Shown here in pieces: positions 21,473 through 30,844 of a DNA stretch of 64,000 bases; the first letter of the stretch is position 1, and each line of letters opens with the position of its first letter. Source of the DNA: an uncultured Spirochaetota bacterium (GTDB taxonomy: Bacteria; Spirochaetota; UBA4802; UBA5550); contig CAWHAA010000001.1 of NCBI GenBank assembly GCA_963827275.1, positions 96,001 through 160,000 on the forward strand, in the 5' to 3' direction. The position numbers and the translations under genes are program-made. The notes under the pieces are model-generated. The model searched no databases and had not been told where the DNA came from. It saw only the letters and a list, made by a program, of their open reading frames with translations.

Positions 21473-23173
21473 TCACCTGCGCTTCAGGAGACGGATCGTG
21501 ACGTCAAACGAGAGGTATGCGTCGTTCTTCTCGCCGATCACGGTAAGATCGGTCATCATGTTCACGATGCCGCTGATCTCCTTGTTCCGGTAGGAGTAGA
21601 GCATCAGGAGGGCGCCGAAAAAACTCTCCTTTTTCATGTGGGCAAGGCAGAATACATTTCCCCCCAGCCTGTTGAGCACGCTGTCCGCGGGCTGCGGTTT
21701 TGTAAGCTCTTTGCCCGCGAGCGCCATGCCGATCAGCTCCCTGTCGTTTCCCAGGTAGAGGCCGCGCCGGTCGTAGAGCATGTGGACCCTGTTGTTCTTT
21801 GAGTCCACATGCCAGAAGGAGCGCGCGCCGCCGATCATGTCCGTACCGAAGCGCTCCGTGCCCTTGAATTTTTCCCTGAGATAGGCCGAGGACTTTTCCC
21901 ATACGGCCCTGCCCTTCTCGGGATCGTTCATGGGGAGAAAGAAAAGGTATCCCCCGCCTCCACCCTTCGGCTCGCCCGCAATGATGTTCACGACGCCGCT
22001 GTGATACGGGACCACGTCCGTTTCAAAATCAATGCCGAGGTCCTCGCGCACCTCATCCTTGAATTTCGCGTAGTAGCCGCAGCCGGCGGCGGATTTCCGG
22101 CAAAGCTCCCCGATCTTGTCGAAGTCGAACGACACATACGCGTAGGTGCTCGCGTTAGTGACAAGGAGCGCCCGGTCGGAAACGCCGGTCCTGATAACGT
22201 CAAGGAACGTGTTCACGCTCCCGCTGGCGCCGTTGAAACGCGCCGCTATATCGATGGTCACCGCCGATGGCGTGACCGACGCCCCCAGGGAGACGTAATC
22301 CACCGCGTTAAAGGGGGACGGACCGGTCGTGAGCCGGTCAAGCTCGGACTTCATGGAAGGTTTTCCTCCCGCCGCGTCGGCGATGTACGCAACATCCATC
22401 AGCGCGGCCGCGCCCATCATGCCCGCGTCAGTCACCTTGTTTTGGCCTCCCTTCGGCTGCTCGCCCTCCGGCCGCGGACGGCGCTTCACCGCTTCTTTCA
22501 GATAATCCCTGGTGGCATAGGCCCGCAGGTCATAGTTCCTGCTTAACCGGGCGGAATAATCCATGTACTTCGGGTCGATAGCGAGATAGCCGGCGCTGTT
22601 CTCCTTCACGTCAATCACGCCCCGTATCAGCTCACCGGTGGACCCTATGATGAAGACGCCATCAATCGCCGTGGTGAAGATGTCCTTGTGGCTCTGGTAA
22701 ATCGGGCGGCCTTTATACTCGGTTATGGCGGGATACAGGTCAGCATTTTCGGCGTTGGCCATCTTCCTGAGAATCTCGACAAACTTGAGGGGAAAGATCT
22801 TGTCATCCATGACCGGGATGAACAGGAGCACCCGCTCCTCATTGCGCTTGCCCCTCGCGTATACCGCCACGCTCGCGGAACGGTCAACGTCGATGCCGGC
22901 CTTTTTCAACGCCTCGATGTCAAGGGGATCGATCCCCGTTTTGGTCCTGATATCGTCCCTCTTCTTGTTGAATTTCTCGACGTATTCACGGTGGAGAAGA
23001 TTTTCAGATACGAATTTCACTGACCCGACGAGGTTCTTGATGCGGGCGGTTTTCATGAACAAGATCGCCGACGAGGGGGTGATCGATTCAACGATATCAG
23101 CCCGGTCCTGGGTGTAGCCGCCGGTAACAAGCGCAAGAGACAGGACCAGCGCGAGGGGTACGATGTTTTTCAT
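21473..23173 (-). CDS. Secreted hypothetical protein
   Basis: 566-aa ORF with N-terminal signal peptide. Confidence 0.75.
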   Translation of the reverse strand: MKNIVPLALVLSLALVTGGYTQDRADIVESITPSSAILFMKTARIKNLVGSVKFVSENLLHREYVEKFNKKRDDIRTKTGIDPLDIEALKKAGIDVDRSASVAVYARGKRNEERVLLFIPVMDDKIFPLKFVEILRKMANAENADLYPAITEYKGRPIYQSHKDIFTTAIDGVFIIGSTGELIRGVIDVKENSAGYLAIDPKYMDYSARLSRNYDLRAYATRDYLKEAVKRRPRPEGEQPKGGQNKVTDAGMMGAAALMDVAYIADAAGGKPSMKSELDRLTTGPSPFNAVDYVSLGASVTPSAVTIDIAARFNGASGSVNTFLDVIRTGVSDRALLVTNASTYAYVSFDFDKIGELCRKSAAGCGYYAKFKDEVREDLGIDFETDVVPYHSGVVNIIAGEPKGGGGGYLFFLPMNDPEKGRAVWEKSSAYLREKFKGTERFGTDMIGGARSFWHVDSKNNRVHMLYDRRGLYLGNDRELIGMALAGKELTKPQPADSVLNRLGGNVFCLAHMKKESFFGALLMLYSYRNKEISGIVNMMTDLTVIGEKNDAYLSFDVTIRLLKRR

Positions 23174-23421
23174 GATGTTCTCCGTTATACTATAGCATGA
23201 TGCCCGCCCGGGGGCAGCAACGGCCGCCCGGGCAGGTCACGGTATACTAGAAGGCCGGCCGCATGGCAAGTAAAAAAGTCAATGCCGCCTGCCCTGACGG
23301 CACCTGCCGCCGGGGACGGAAAAATAAAAAAACAGTTGAACAAATACCCCGGTAGTATGAGATACGTGATGTCCCGGAGGAGAATAACCCGTTTCATTCC
23401 CATCACAACCTGGAGCATGTC

Positions 23422-24615
23422 ATGAGCGGCGTCGAAATCAAGAAAAGCTACGAAGAGATCAACAGGAAGATACAAGAGGGGAAGGCCGTTGTCGTGACCG
23501 CGGAAGAGATGCCGGAAATCGTGGCCTCCGAGGGCGTTGACGGCGCTTTTAAAAAAGTTGACGTGGTCACCACCGGCACCTTCGGTGCCATGTGCTCTTC
23601 CGGCGCGTTCATCAATATCGGTCACACGAAGCCGCGGATGAAAGCGACGAAGGTATGGTTCAACAACGTGGAAGCCTACGGCGGCATCGCCGCGGTGGAT
23701 TGCTATATCGGCGCCACGCAGGTGCAGGAGAACGATCCGCTGAACATGGTCCATCCCGGGAGATTCAAATACGGCGGCGGCCACGTCATAGAGGACCTGA
23801 TAGCGGGGAAGAGGATCAAGCTCAAGGCCGTCGGGTACGGTACGGACTGCTACCCGCTGAAGGAATACGAATCGACGATCACCATCGATGACCTGCGCGA
23901 CGCCACGATGTTCAACCCGCGCAACTCCTACCAGAATTACAACTGCGCCGTGAACCTGTCGAAGAAGACCATCTATACCTACATGGGAATACTGAAACCC
24001 GATATGGCAAACGCATCATTTTCGAGCGCGGGCCAGCTCAGCCCACTCCTGAACGACCCCTACTACTGGACCATCGGCACCGGCACGCGGATATTCCTCT
24101 GCGGCGCGGCGGGCTCGGTGGTGTGGCACGGCACCCAGCACGCGCCGGACTGCAGGCGGGGAGAGAACGGCGTCCCCTGCGAAGGGGGCGGCACCCTCGC
24201 GGTCATGGGCAACATGAAGGAGATGGACCCCCGGTACGTGCGCGGCGCCTCCTTCACCGGGTACGGCTGCAGCATCATGATCGGCATCGGCATCCCCATC
24301 CCGATAATTAACAGGGACATGGCCTATTTCACCGGCCAGACCGACAGGGACCTCCGCTGCCAGGTCATAGACTACGGGAACGACTACCCGTCCGGGATCG
24401 GCAGGTCCCTGGGCGAGGTGAGCTATGCCGAGCTGAAAAGCGGCAGGATAGCGTTCATGGGAAAAACAATAGACGCGGCGCCCATGTCGAGCTATCCGAT
24501 GGCGAGGAAAATAGCCATTGAATTGAAAGAGTGGGTCAAGAAGGGCTTCACCATCGGCGTGCCGCAGACGCAATTCCCGACAGTGCCGCGCGGGAAGGAC
24601 AATGAAGCGCGCTGA
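23422..24615 (+). CDS. Homocysteine biosynthesis protein (DUF39, L-aspartate semialdehyde sulfurtransferase family)
   Basis: EINRKIQEGKAVVVTAEE, VDVVTTGTFGAMCSSGA, GGGHVIEDL, PRNSYQNY, AGQLSPLLNDP; no CBS domains. Confidence 0.9.
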   Translation: MSGVEIKKSYEEINRKIQEGKAVVVTAEEMPEIVASEGVDGAFKKVDVVTTGTFGAMCSSGAFINIGHTKPRMKATKVWFNNVEAYGGIAAVDCYIGATQVQENDPLNMVHPGRFKYGGGHVIEDLIAGKRIKLKAVGYGTDCYPLKEYESTITIDDLRDATMFNPRNSYQNYNCAVNLSKKTIYTYMGILKPDMANASFSSAGQLSPLLNDPYYWTIGTGTRIFLCGAAGSVVWHGTQHAPDCRRGENGVPCEGGGTLAVMGNMKEMDPRYVRGASFTGYGCSIMIGIGIPIPIINRDMAYFTGQTDRDLRCQVIDYGNDYPSGIGRSLGEVSYAELKSGRIAFMGKTIDAAPMSSYPMARKIAIELKEWVKKGFTIGVPQTQFPTVPRGKDNEAR

Positions 24616-25319
24616 GCGGTCATACCGTGATTACGCGGATACGGCCCGGTGGAAAAGCTTCAGGGTCAAAGTCGAGACATCAGACCTGTACATCAGGGCG
24701 GGCTCCGACCTGTCGGACCGGGCGGAGCGGACCGTGCGCGGACTCAGGGACCAGATCTTCCGTCACATCGCGCGCCAGAACGAATTCCTGACCTCATATA
24801 CGCCGGTGGAGCGCCTGACCGGATGCGCCCCCGTCATCGACATGATGTATGACGCTTCCGAACAGGCCGGGGTGGGCCCCATGGCCGCCGTCGCCGGCGC
24901 CGTGGCGGAATGCACGGGGCGGGAGCTGATGGATGCAAGCGGCGAGCTGATTATCGAAAACGGCGGCGATATATGGATGCGGATAACCGATCCCGCCTCT
25001 ATACGCATATATCCGGGAGGACATAACTTCGACGCCGTATCGATAAAAATCAGTCCCGATCGCACGCCCTGCGGGGTCTGCACGTCATCCGCGCGGATCG
25101 GCGTCGTCCTTCAGCTTCGGCAAGGCGGACGCCGCCACCGTGATCGCGCCCGGCGCTGCCCTGGCTGACGCGATCGCCACCGAGGTATGCAACCGGGTGA
25201 AAGTCGAGGACGACATGGAAGGCGCCGCCCTCTTCGGCATGCGGTGCGGCGCATCCGGCGTCGTCGTCATATACCGCGACCGTCTTGCGGCGCAGGGCGA
25301 TGTAGAGCTGACAGATTAA
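24602..25319 (+). CDS. UPF0280/ApbE-like protein (frameshift near 25104)
   Basis: VGPMAAVAGAVA, IENGGDI, GVCTSS..G.SFSFGKADA after correcting one base. Confidence 0.85.
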
Positions 25320-25333
25320 CGTGGAGAACAGCC

Positions 25334-25753
25334 ATGAACGCAAAAAACGTGCTTCTCATATTCGACAAGAAGATCATGTACAAGCCGCTCATATTCCGCC
25401 TGGCAAAGGATTTCGATGTCGTCTTTAACGTGCTCGAGGCGAAAATCCTTCCCAAGCTTGAGGGCCGGCTCATCCTTGAGCTCCGCGGCACGGAAGAATC
25501 AATCACGACGAGCATTGACTACCTGACCGGAGAAGGTGTGGTGGTTGAGCCGCTTACCGACAAGATCGTCAGGGACGATGACCGCTGCATCAACTGCGGA
25601 GCGTGCACCTCGGTCTGCCGGGTGGACGCCCTCAGTATTGATCGCGTCTCCATGGAAGTAACGTTCGACCACGAGAAGTGTGTTGCCTGCGGCATGTGCA
25701 AGATTGCCTGCCCCGTGGGTGCGATGTCGGGGAAGAGTATCGATCTGGATTGA
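25334..25753 (+). CDS. NIL-domain 4Fe-4S ferredoxin
   Basis: NIL domain (KPLIFRLAKDFDVVFNVLEAKI) plus CINCGACTSVC and CVACGMCKIACP. Confidence 0.88.
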   Translation: MNAKNVLLIFDKKIMYKPLIFRLAKDFDVVFNVLEAKILPKLEGRLILELRGTEESITTSIDYLTGEGVVVEPLTDKIVRDDDRCINCGACTSVCRVDALSIDRVSMEVTFDHEKCVACGMCKIACPVGAMSGKSIDLD

Positions 25754-25857
25754 CCGATAACTATCGGTGCCAGGTGGGGTCAGAGTAAGCAGTTTACCGA
25801 TAACTATCGGCACCGGCAGGGGGTCAGAGCAGTTAATGTACCGATAACTATCGGCAT
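25753..25857. repeat. Three-copy palindromic repeat array
   Basis: CCGATAACTATCGG at 25754, 25797 and 25841 (periods 43, 44), separated by GGGGTCAGAG-containing linkers. Confidence 0.9.
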
Positions 25858-25902
25858 TTCAAAGGCTTATTTCCCCCTTGATGTCCTGTAACCCCCTTAA
25901 AC

Positions 25903-27096
25903 CTATATAATCCCCAGCTTTTTGCCTACTTTTTTGAAAACCTCAAAGCTCCGGTCAAGGTCCTCGGTCGTATGGGTAGCCATGACACCGAGCCGAATTC
26001 GCGATTCAGCCGGCGGCACTGCCGGGTGCACGATGGGCGAGGCGAAAACCCCTTCGTCGAAGATCATCTTGTTAAACATCATGGTCTTTTCCAGGTCGCG
26101 AATCAGGAGCGGCACCACGGCCGTCCGGGAAGGACCGGTATCGAATCCCAGCTCTTTCAGTCCCTTGATAAAGTAGTTGATGTTGTTCCAGAGCCTCTCC
26201 CGCCACTCGGGCTCCTCATCAAGCAGTTCAAATGAACGGCATATGCCGGCCACCGTCAGGGGCGGCAGGGACGCGGAGAAGATATAGGCGGACGCGTTAT
26301 GGCGCAGGTGATCGATGAAATCGGCCGGTCCTGCCACGAATCCGCCGACTGCGCCGGCGAACTTCGAGAACGTCCCCGCTATGACGTCCGGCGCATGCGG
26401 CATGTCGAAATGGTCAGGCAGGCCGTAGCCGCGCTTGCCGAGAACGCCCAGGCTGTGGGCTTCATCGATGAGAAGGAGCGCCCCGTGCTCCTGCTTGATG
26501 CGGTACAGCGCCGGAAGGTCGGCCCAGTCGCCGTCCATGCTGTAGACGGAGTCGACCAGGACGAGCATCCTGTTGTATTTATTCTTGAGGCGGGCAAGGA
26601 GCGAATCAAGGTCCTCGGTGTCGTTATGAAGCCACATTCTCTTGTCGCTGCCGGAAAGGGTCACGCCGTCAACGATGCTCCGGTGCACCAGGCTGTCCAT
26701 CACCGCCACGTCTCCCTTGCCGATGGTGGCCTGTATCGAGCCGAGAAGCGCCTGGTACCCGCTTGCCAGGAGAACGCACGCTTCGCGCTCATACAGACGC
26801 GCTATTTTTTCCTGTAATCTGTAATGGATATCGGTGGTGCCGCAGGCCAGCGGCGAGCCGCCGATGCCGAGGCCGTATTTGTCAATGGCGTTCCGCACGG
26901 CCTTCAACACTTCCGGGTGGGTGGAGAAGCCGAGATAATTATTGGAGATAAAATTGATGCGCTCCTTGCCGCTTACCACGATGCGGTTCGCGCAGGCGGA
27001 AGAGACCTCAAGGCTGTACGTGTATATCTCCTCTTTTCGCAGCATCGACAGGAGCGCCGCCTGCTGCTTCATGGCATCGCTAATGAGTTGGCTCAT
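25903..27096 (-). CDS. PLP-dependent alpha-oxoamine synthase, serine palmitoyltransferase-like
   Basis: SNNYLG, VYSMDGD, IDEAHSLG, GTFSK (PLP lysine), YIFSASLPP, IRLGVMATH; in an operon with ACP and FAAL genes. Confidence 0.8.
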   Translation of the reverse strand: MSQLISDAMKQQAALLSMLRKEEIYTYSLEVSSACANRIVVSGKERINFISNNYLGFSTHPEVLKAVRNAIDKYGLGIGGSPLACGTTDIHYRLQEKIARLYEREACVLLASGYQALLGSIQATIGKGDVAVMDSLVHRSIVDGVTLSGSDKRMWLHNDTEDLDSLLARLKNKYNRMLVLVDSVYSMDGDWADLPALYRIKQEHGALLLIDEAHSLGVLGKRGYGLPDHFDMPHAPDVIAGTFSKFAGAVGGFVAGPADFIDHLRHNASAYIFSASLPPLTVAGICRSFELLDEEPEWRERLWNNINYFIKGLKELGFDTGPSRTAVVPLLIRDLEKTMMFNKMIFDEGVFASPIVHPAVPPAESRIRLGVMATHTTEDLDRSFEVFKKVGKKLGII

Positions 27097-27146
27097 GGAA
27101 TAATCCTCGCAAAATAAAATCGTACAACAATCAGGGCGTGCCGGTG

Positions 27147-27395
27147 TCAGGCCAGCTTTTTCTCCAGATATTGAATGACATCAATCACCGTCTGGAGCCC
27201 CATGATTTCATCAAGGTCCGGCTCAAAATCGTATATCTCGGTTATCCGTGAAATGGCTTCCATGCTCTTGAGGCTGTCGAAGCCCAGGTCCTCAAGGAAC
27301 CGGTCGCCATCCTTTACCTGCTCCGGTTTTTTCCCCGCCAGTTTGGCTACGATGGCCAGGAAATCTTTTCTTATCTTATCCCCGGAAACTCCCAT
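27147..27395 (-). CDS. Acyl carrier protein
   Basis: DLGFDSL phosphopantetheine motif; GAGGTG RBS. Confidence 0.9.
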   Translation of the reverse strand: MGVSGDKIRKDFLAIVAKLAGKKPEQVKDGDRFLEDLGFDSLKSMEAISRITEIYDFEPDLDEIMGLQTVIDVIQYLEKKLA

Positions 27396-27526
27396 ATGTG
27401 TCACCTCTTCATGATGGTACGCCTTCACCGCAACGGCCGGACACGCCTCGCCGTCACATAATGGATCACGCGGTAATATTTACAATGAATTTTTAGCGCA
27501 GCGCCGCTATTCCATGCTGACCGCAA

Positions 27527-29353
27527 TCAGCGCTTCAATCGTCTTCGGAACAGGTGGAAATGGCTCAGGATGAAAGTCCGTGCCAGCACAAGAATATTCC
27601 TGCTTTTTCTCGGGAACAGCTCTCCCTCGAGGTAAAATCTCTTGCACAGATACCGCTGGGTCTTGCCGCTCGTGGTCTTCGGTATCGTCTCGCGCGGGAC
27701 AAGCCTGATATCGTCAGGCGCAATGCCGAGCTTCGCCAGTATCTCTTTGTGGACTTCCTGCTTCAGTTTTTCAAGCGCCTCCCTGTCCTTTACGGTCGTT
27801 TCGCATACCAGCACGAGGTCTTCGGTACCCTGCTCCTCGTTGTGCACGTCAAATGCCGCGCAGCAGCCGAGACGGATCCCCTTGACGGTTGAAGCGATCC
27901 GCTCCACGTCATAGGGATAAATGTTTTTCCCGCGCTTGATGATCATCTCCTTCTTGCGGCCGGATATGAAAAGCAGGCCGTCAAGGATAAATCCCATGTC
28001 CCCCGAATGGAGCCAGCCGTCAACGATGGATTCAGCAGAGGCCTTCTGATTTTTATAATACCCGCCCATGAGGCTATGGCTCTTGACGCATATTTCACCG
28101 ACCTCGCGTTCGTTGAGTGTCCGGCCCTGCTCATCGACGATCCTGATCTCCTGCCCCACGAGCGGATAGCCGACGGAAACCAGATCGATGTACTCCTTGT
28201 TGTTCTGGCTCTTTGAATCGACGGCGATATTCTCGGCTTCCAGCTTGTCCCTGTCGAAACGGCGGACAACGGTGGTCGCATCCAGCGAAGGAAATGTCGC
28301 GGCAAGGCTGTTTTCCGCCATCCCGTACACAGGGAGAAATATATTGTCGCGAAGGCCGCACGGCCTGAATTTTTCAATGAATTTATTGAGGGTTATGCGG
28401 TCCACCGGCTCCGCACCGTTCAGGGCAAGCCGCCAGGAGCTCAGGTCAAGCCGGTGGAGGTCCACGTCGTCAATCCTCGAAACGCAATAATGGTATCCGA
28501 AATTGGGGGCCACGCCCATCGTGACCCGGTAGCGCGATATGTTTTCCATCCACCAGATGGGACGAAAGATAAACGCTTCCGGCGACATCAACACAAGGGT
28601 GATGTCCCAGTACAGGGTGGTGAGAAAACCGCCGATAAGGCCCATGTCGTGGTACATGGGAAGCCAGCTGATACCGACATCATCGGCCGTCATCCGGCTT
28701 GCGACCCCGATCCCGTGGATGTTATGAAGCAGATTCTTGTGGGAGAGCATGACCCCTTTCGGTTTTCCGGTCGTACCCGAGGTGTACTGGAGGAGCGCAA
28801 GGTCATCGGTCCTGACGACGGGACACTTTTTATACTGATCTGCAGGGACGGGATCGGCGAATATTTCATCATCAAAAAGAAAACCGCCCACCAGGTTCGA
28901 AATATTCAAGAGACTGCCGGCTATCAACTTGATCTTTTCGTAGGTTATGAAGAATTTCCCCTCGCAGTCATGGATGATATGCGTCAGGTTATCAAGGTAT
29001 TTCGCGAGGTTGCTCGTACCGGCCGGCTGGCTGACCGGGACAGGGACACCGCCGGCGATGAGTATTCCAAAATAGACATAGGCGAAATGTTCCCCCGTAG
29101 GCAGCATTACAACAACCTTATCATTCTTACCGAGGCCCCGCGCCATCAGGTACTGGGCCACGACACGCGCCTTTTCCAGTACATCGCTTGCCGAGACCCT
29201 CTGCTCACGATTTTTAAGATCCATGAAGATAAGAAAATCCGGCTTATCAACAGCCCGGCGCTCAAGGACCTCGATAAGGGTCTGTGCCCTGATTTCATAT
29301 CTTTCACTGTTTTTCTGATGCGCTACGATTTGTTTCCCTGTTACCGCTGTCAT
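27527..29353 (-). CDS. Fatty acyl-AMP ligase (FAAL)
   Basis: LQYTSGTTGKPKGV, SWLPMYHDMGLIG, LDLSSWRLALNGAEPV, YGMAE followed by a FAAL-type insertion, IPKTTSGK. Confidence 0.9.
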   Translation of the reverse strand: MTAVTGKQIVAHQKNSERYEIRAQTLIEVLERRAVDKPDFLIFMDLKNREQRVSASDVLEKARVVAQYLMARGLGKNDKVVVMLPTGEHFAYVYFGILIAGGVPVPVSQPAGTSNLAKYLDNLTHIIHDCEGKFFITYEKIKLIAGSLLNISNLVGGFLFDDEIFADPVPADQYKKCPVVRTDDLALLQYTSGTTGKPKGVMLSHKNLLHNIHGIGVASRMTADDVGISWLPMYHDMGLIGGFLTTLYWDITLVLMSPEAFIFRPIWWMENISRYRVTMGVAPNFGYHYCVSRIDDVDLHRLDLSSWRLALNGAEPVDRITLNKFIEKFRPCGLRDNIFLPVYGMAENSLAATFPSLDATTVVRRFDRDKLEAENIAVDSKSQNNKEYIDLVSVGYPLVGQEIRIVDEQGRTLNEREVGEICVKSHSLMGGYYKNQKASAESIVDGWLHSGDMGFILDGLLFISGRKKEMIIKRGKNIYPYDVERIASTVKGIRLGCCAAFDVHNEEQGTEDLVLVCETTVKDREALEKLKQEVHKEILAKLGIAPDDIRLVPRETIPKTTSGKTQRYLCKRFYLEGELFPRKSRNILVLARTFILSHFHLFRRRLKR

Positions 29354-29896
29354 TTACATATCCTGTTTGATTTAATAATATTAATTGTTAAACAATGCAT
29401 GAAAAATCTCATACCGAATATTCAACAACATTATGAACAAATTTATTTGGCATAAAACAAAAGCTGAATCTGCTCCCATATAAAATATGAAGCGTTAACC
29501 ATATCATCCTGATACCACATCAAGATTTAAATACAATATAAATGTTACCATCCACAGAACAACGGGGAGGGAAACAGTGAAATACTATTTTGCGAAAGAG
29601 AACATACTATTATAATGCAATTATTATGCCAAATAGTTTTTTTATTATTGTATAACGCCTGATATATAGAGACAGTATGATTGACCGAAAAATATCAAAG
29701 AAGATCATATCAGAACTCGAAAAAAATCAACACCCTGTATCATATATGCAACAAAAAATGGACCTGAAACTGAAATTTTATAATATATCAAATGGCGCTT
29801 AACATGAAATGAGCACGGGAATATTCTTATTGACATTGACTCTGAAAAACAAATTCTCTACTTTCAATTATTTATTATTATTTTCGGGGGAATGGA

Positions 29897-30745
29897 ATGG
29901 GCAGTCACGATGACAAAATATTATCAAACAAACTGGCTATAATTACCGGCGGTTCAAAGGGGATAGGGAAAGCCGCTGCAATTGAATTTGTCAAAAACGG
30001 CGGGAACGTCTGCATTATTGCCCGTAATAAAAAAGACCTCTTCCAGGCAGCAGAAGAGATGCAAAAAGCCCGCTCCAGCACCAGCCAGGCCGTCACCGCT
30101 ATCCCTTGCGATACCACGGACATGGAAGCACTCGCTCGACTCCTCGACAGCTTCATTAAAAAAAACGGAGTGCCGGATTACCTTATGAATTTTGTGGGGT
30201 ACGCCAGGCCCAATTACATACAGAACACCACGCTCGACGATTTCAGAAAAATAATGGATACCAACTATTTCGGACAGCTTATCCCGGTCCTGGTCATCCT
30301 GCCGCACTTCATGAGAGAACGGAAGGGGCACATCGTGAACTGCTCATCGTTGCTTGGTTTCATGGGAATTGCCGGGTACGCCGCCTATTCCCCGACAAAA
30401 TACGCACTATGCGGTCTCACCGAATCACTCAGAAACGAACTCAAGCCGTATAATATACGTTTCTCCATTCTTTATCCGCCCGATACCGAAACCCCCGGAT
30501 TCGACCAGGAAAACAGGTCCAAGCCGCTCGAGGTTATGCTCATGTCCGAAACAGGCGGGCTTCTGTCGCCGGAGCAGGTCGCCAAAAAATTAATACATGA
30601 TGTTCTTAAAAATAAATACTATATACTGCCCGGCCAATCACGGCTCCTCTGGTCTATAGCGCGGCATTTTCCACGGCTCGCGCATATCATTATGGATGGC
30701 GAGCTGAATAAAGCGAGAAAAAAGGCTGCGGCAAGAAAGAAATAA
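29897..30745 (+). CDS. SDR oxidoreductase, 3-ketodihydrosphingosine reductase (KDSR/TSC10)-like
   Basis: TGGSKGIG, YSPTK (YxxxK) and YPPDTETPGFDQENRSKPLE signature. Confidence 0.8.
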   Translation: MGSHDDKILSNKLAIITGGSKGIGKAAAIEFVKNGGNVCIIARNKKDLFQAAEEMQKARSSTSQAVTAIPCDTTDMEALARLLDSFIKKNGVPDYLMNFVGYARPNYIQNTTLDDFRKIMDTNYFGQLIPVLVILPHFMRERKGHIVNCSSLLGFMGIAGYAAYSPTKYALCGLTESLRNELKPYNIRFSILYPPDTETPGFDQENRSKPLEVMLMSETGGLLSPEQVAKKLIHDVLKNKYYILPGQSRLLWSIARHFPRLAHIIMDGELNKARKKAAARKK

Positions 30746-30782
30746 CCGATCTGCCTTTCCAATACATGCAGACGTATCGCAC

Positions 30783-30816
30783 AAAAAAGAGGCCCCCGTT
30801 AGTAACGGGGGCCTCT
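30783..30816 (-). terminator. Rho-independent terminator of fcpA
   Basis: AGAGGCCCCCGTTA-G-TAACGGGGGCCTCT inverted repeat with A-run on + (U-run on -). Confidence 0.85.
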
Positions 30817-30844
30817 GCTCTCAACAATAATCGAAAGACATATA

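Noticed and set aside
25754..25854. Palindrome copies as sigma28 promoters (CCGATAA resembles the -10 box)
   Set aside because: No TAAA at the 15-bp spacing in the arrays, and copies sit at gene 3' ends.
25903..27096. BioF (biotin synthesis)
   Set aside because: No bio genes nearby; FAAL/ACP/KDSR-like context favours long-chain lipid synthesis, though BioF is not formally excluded.
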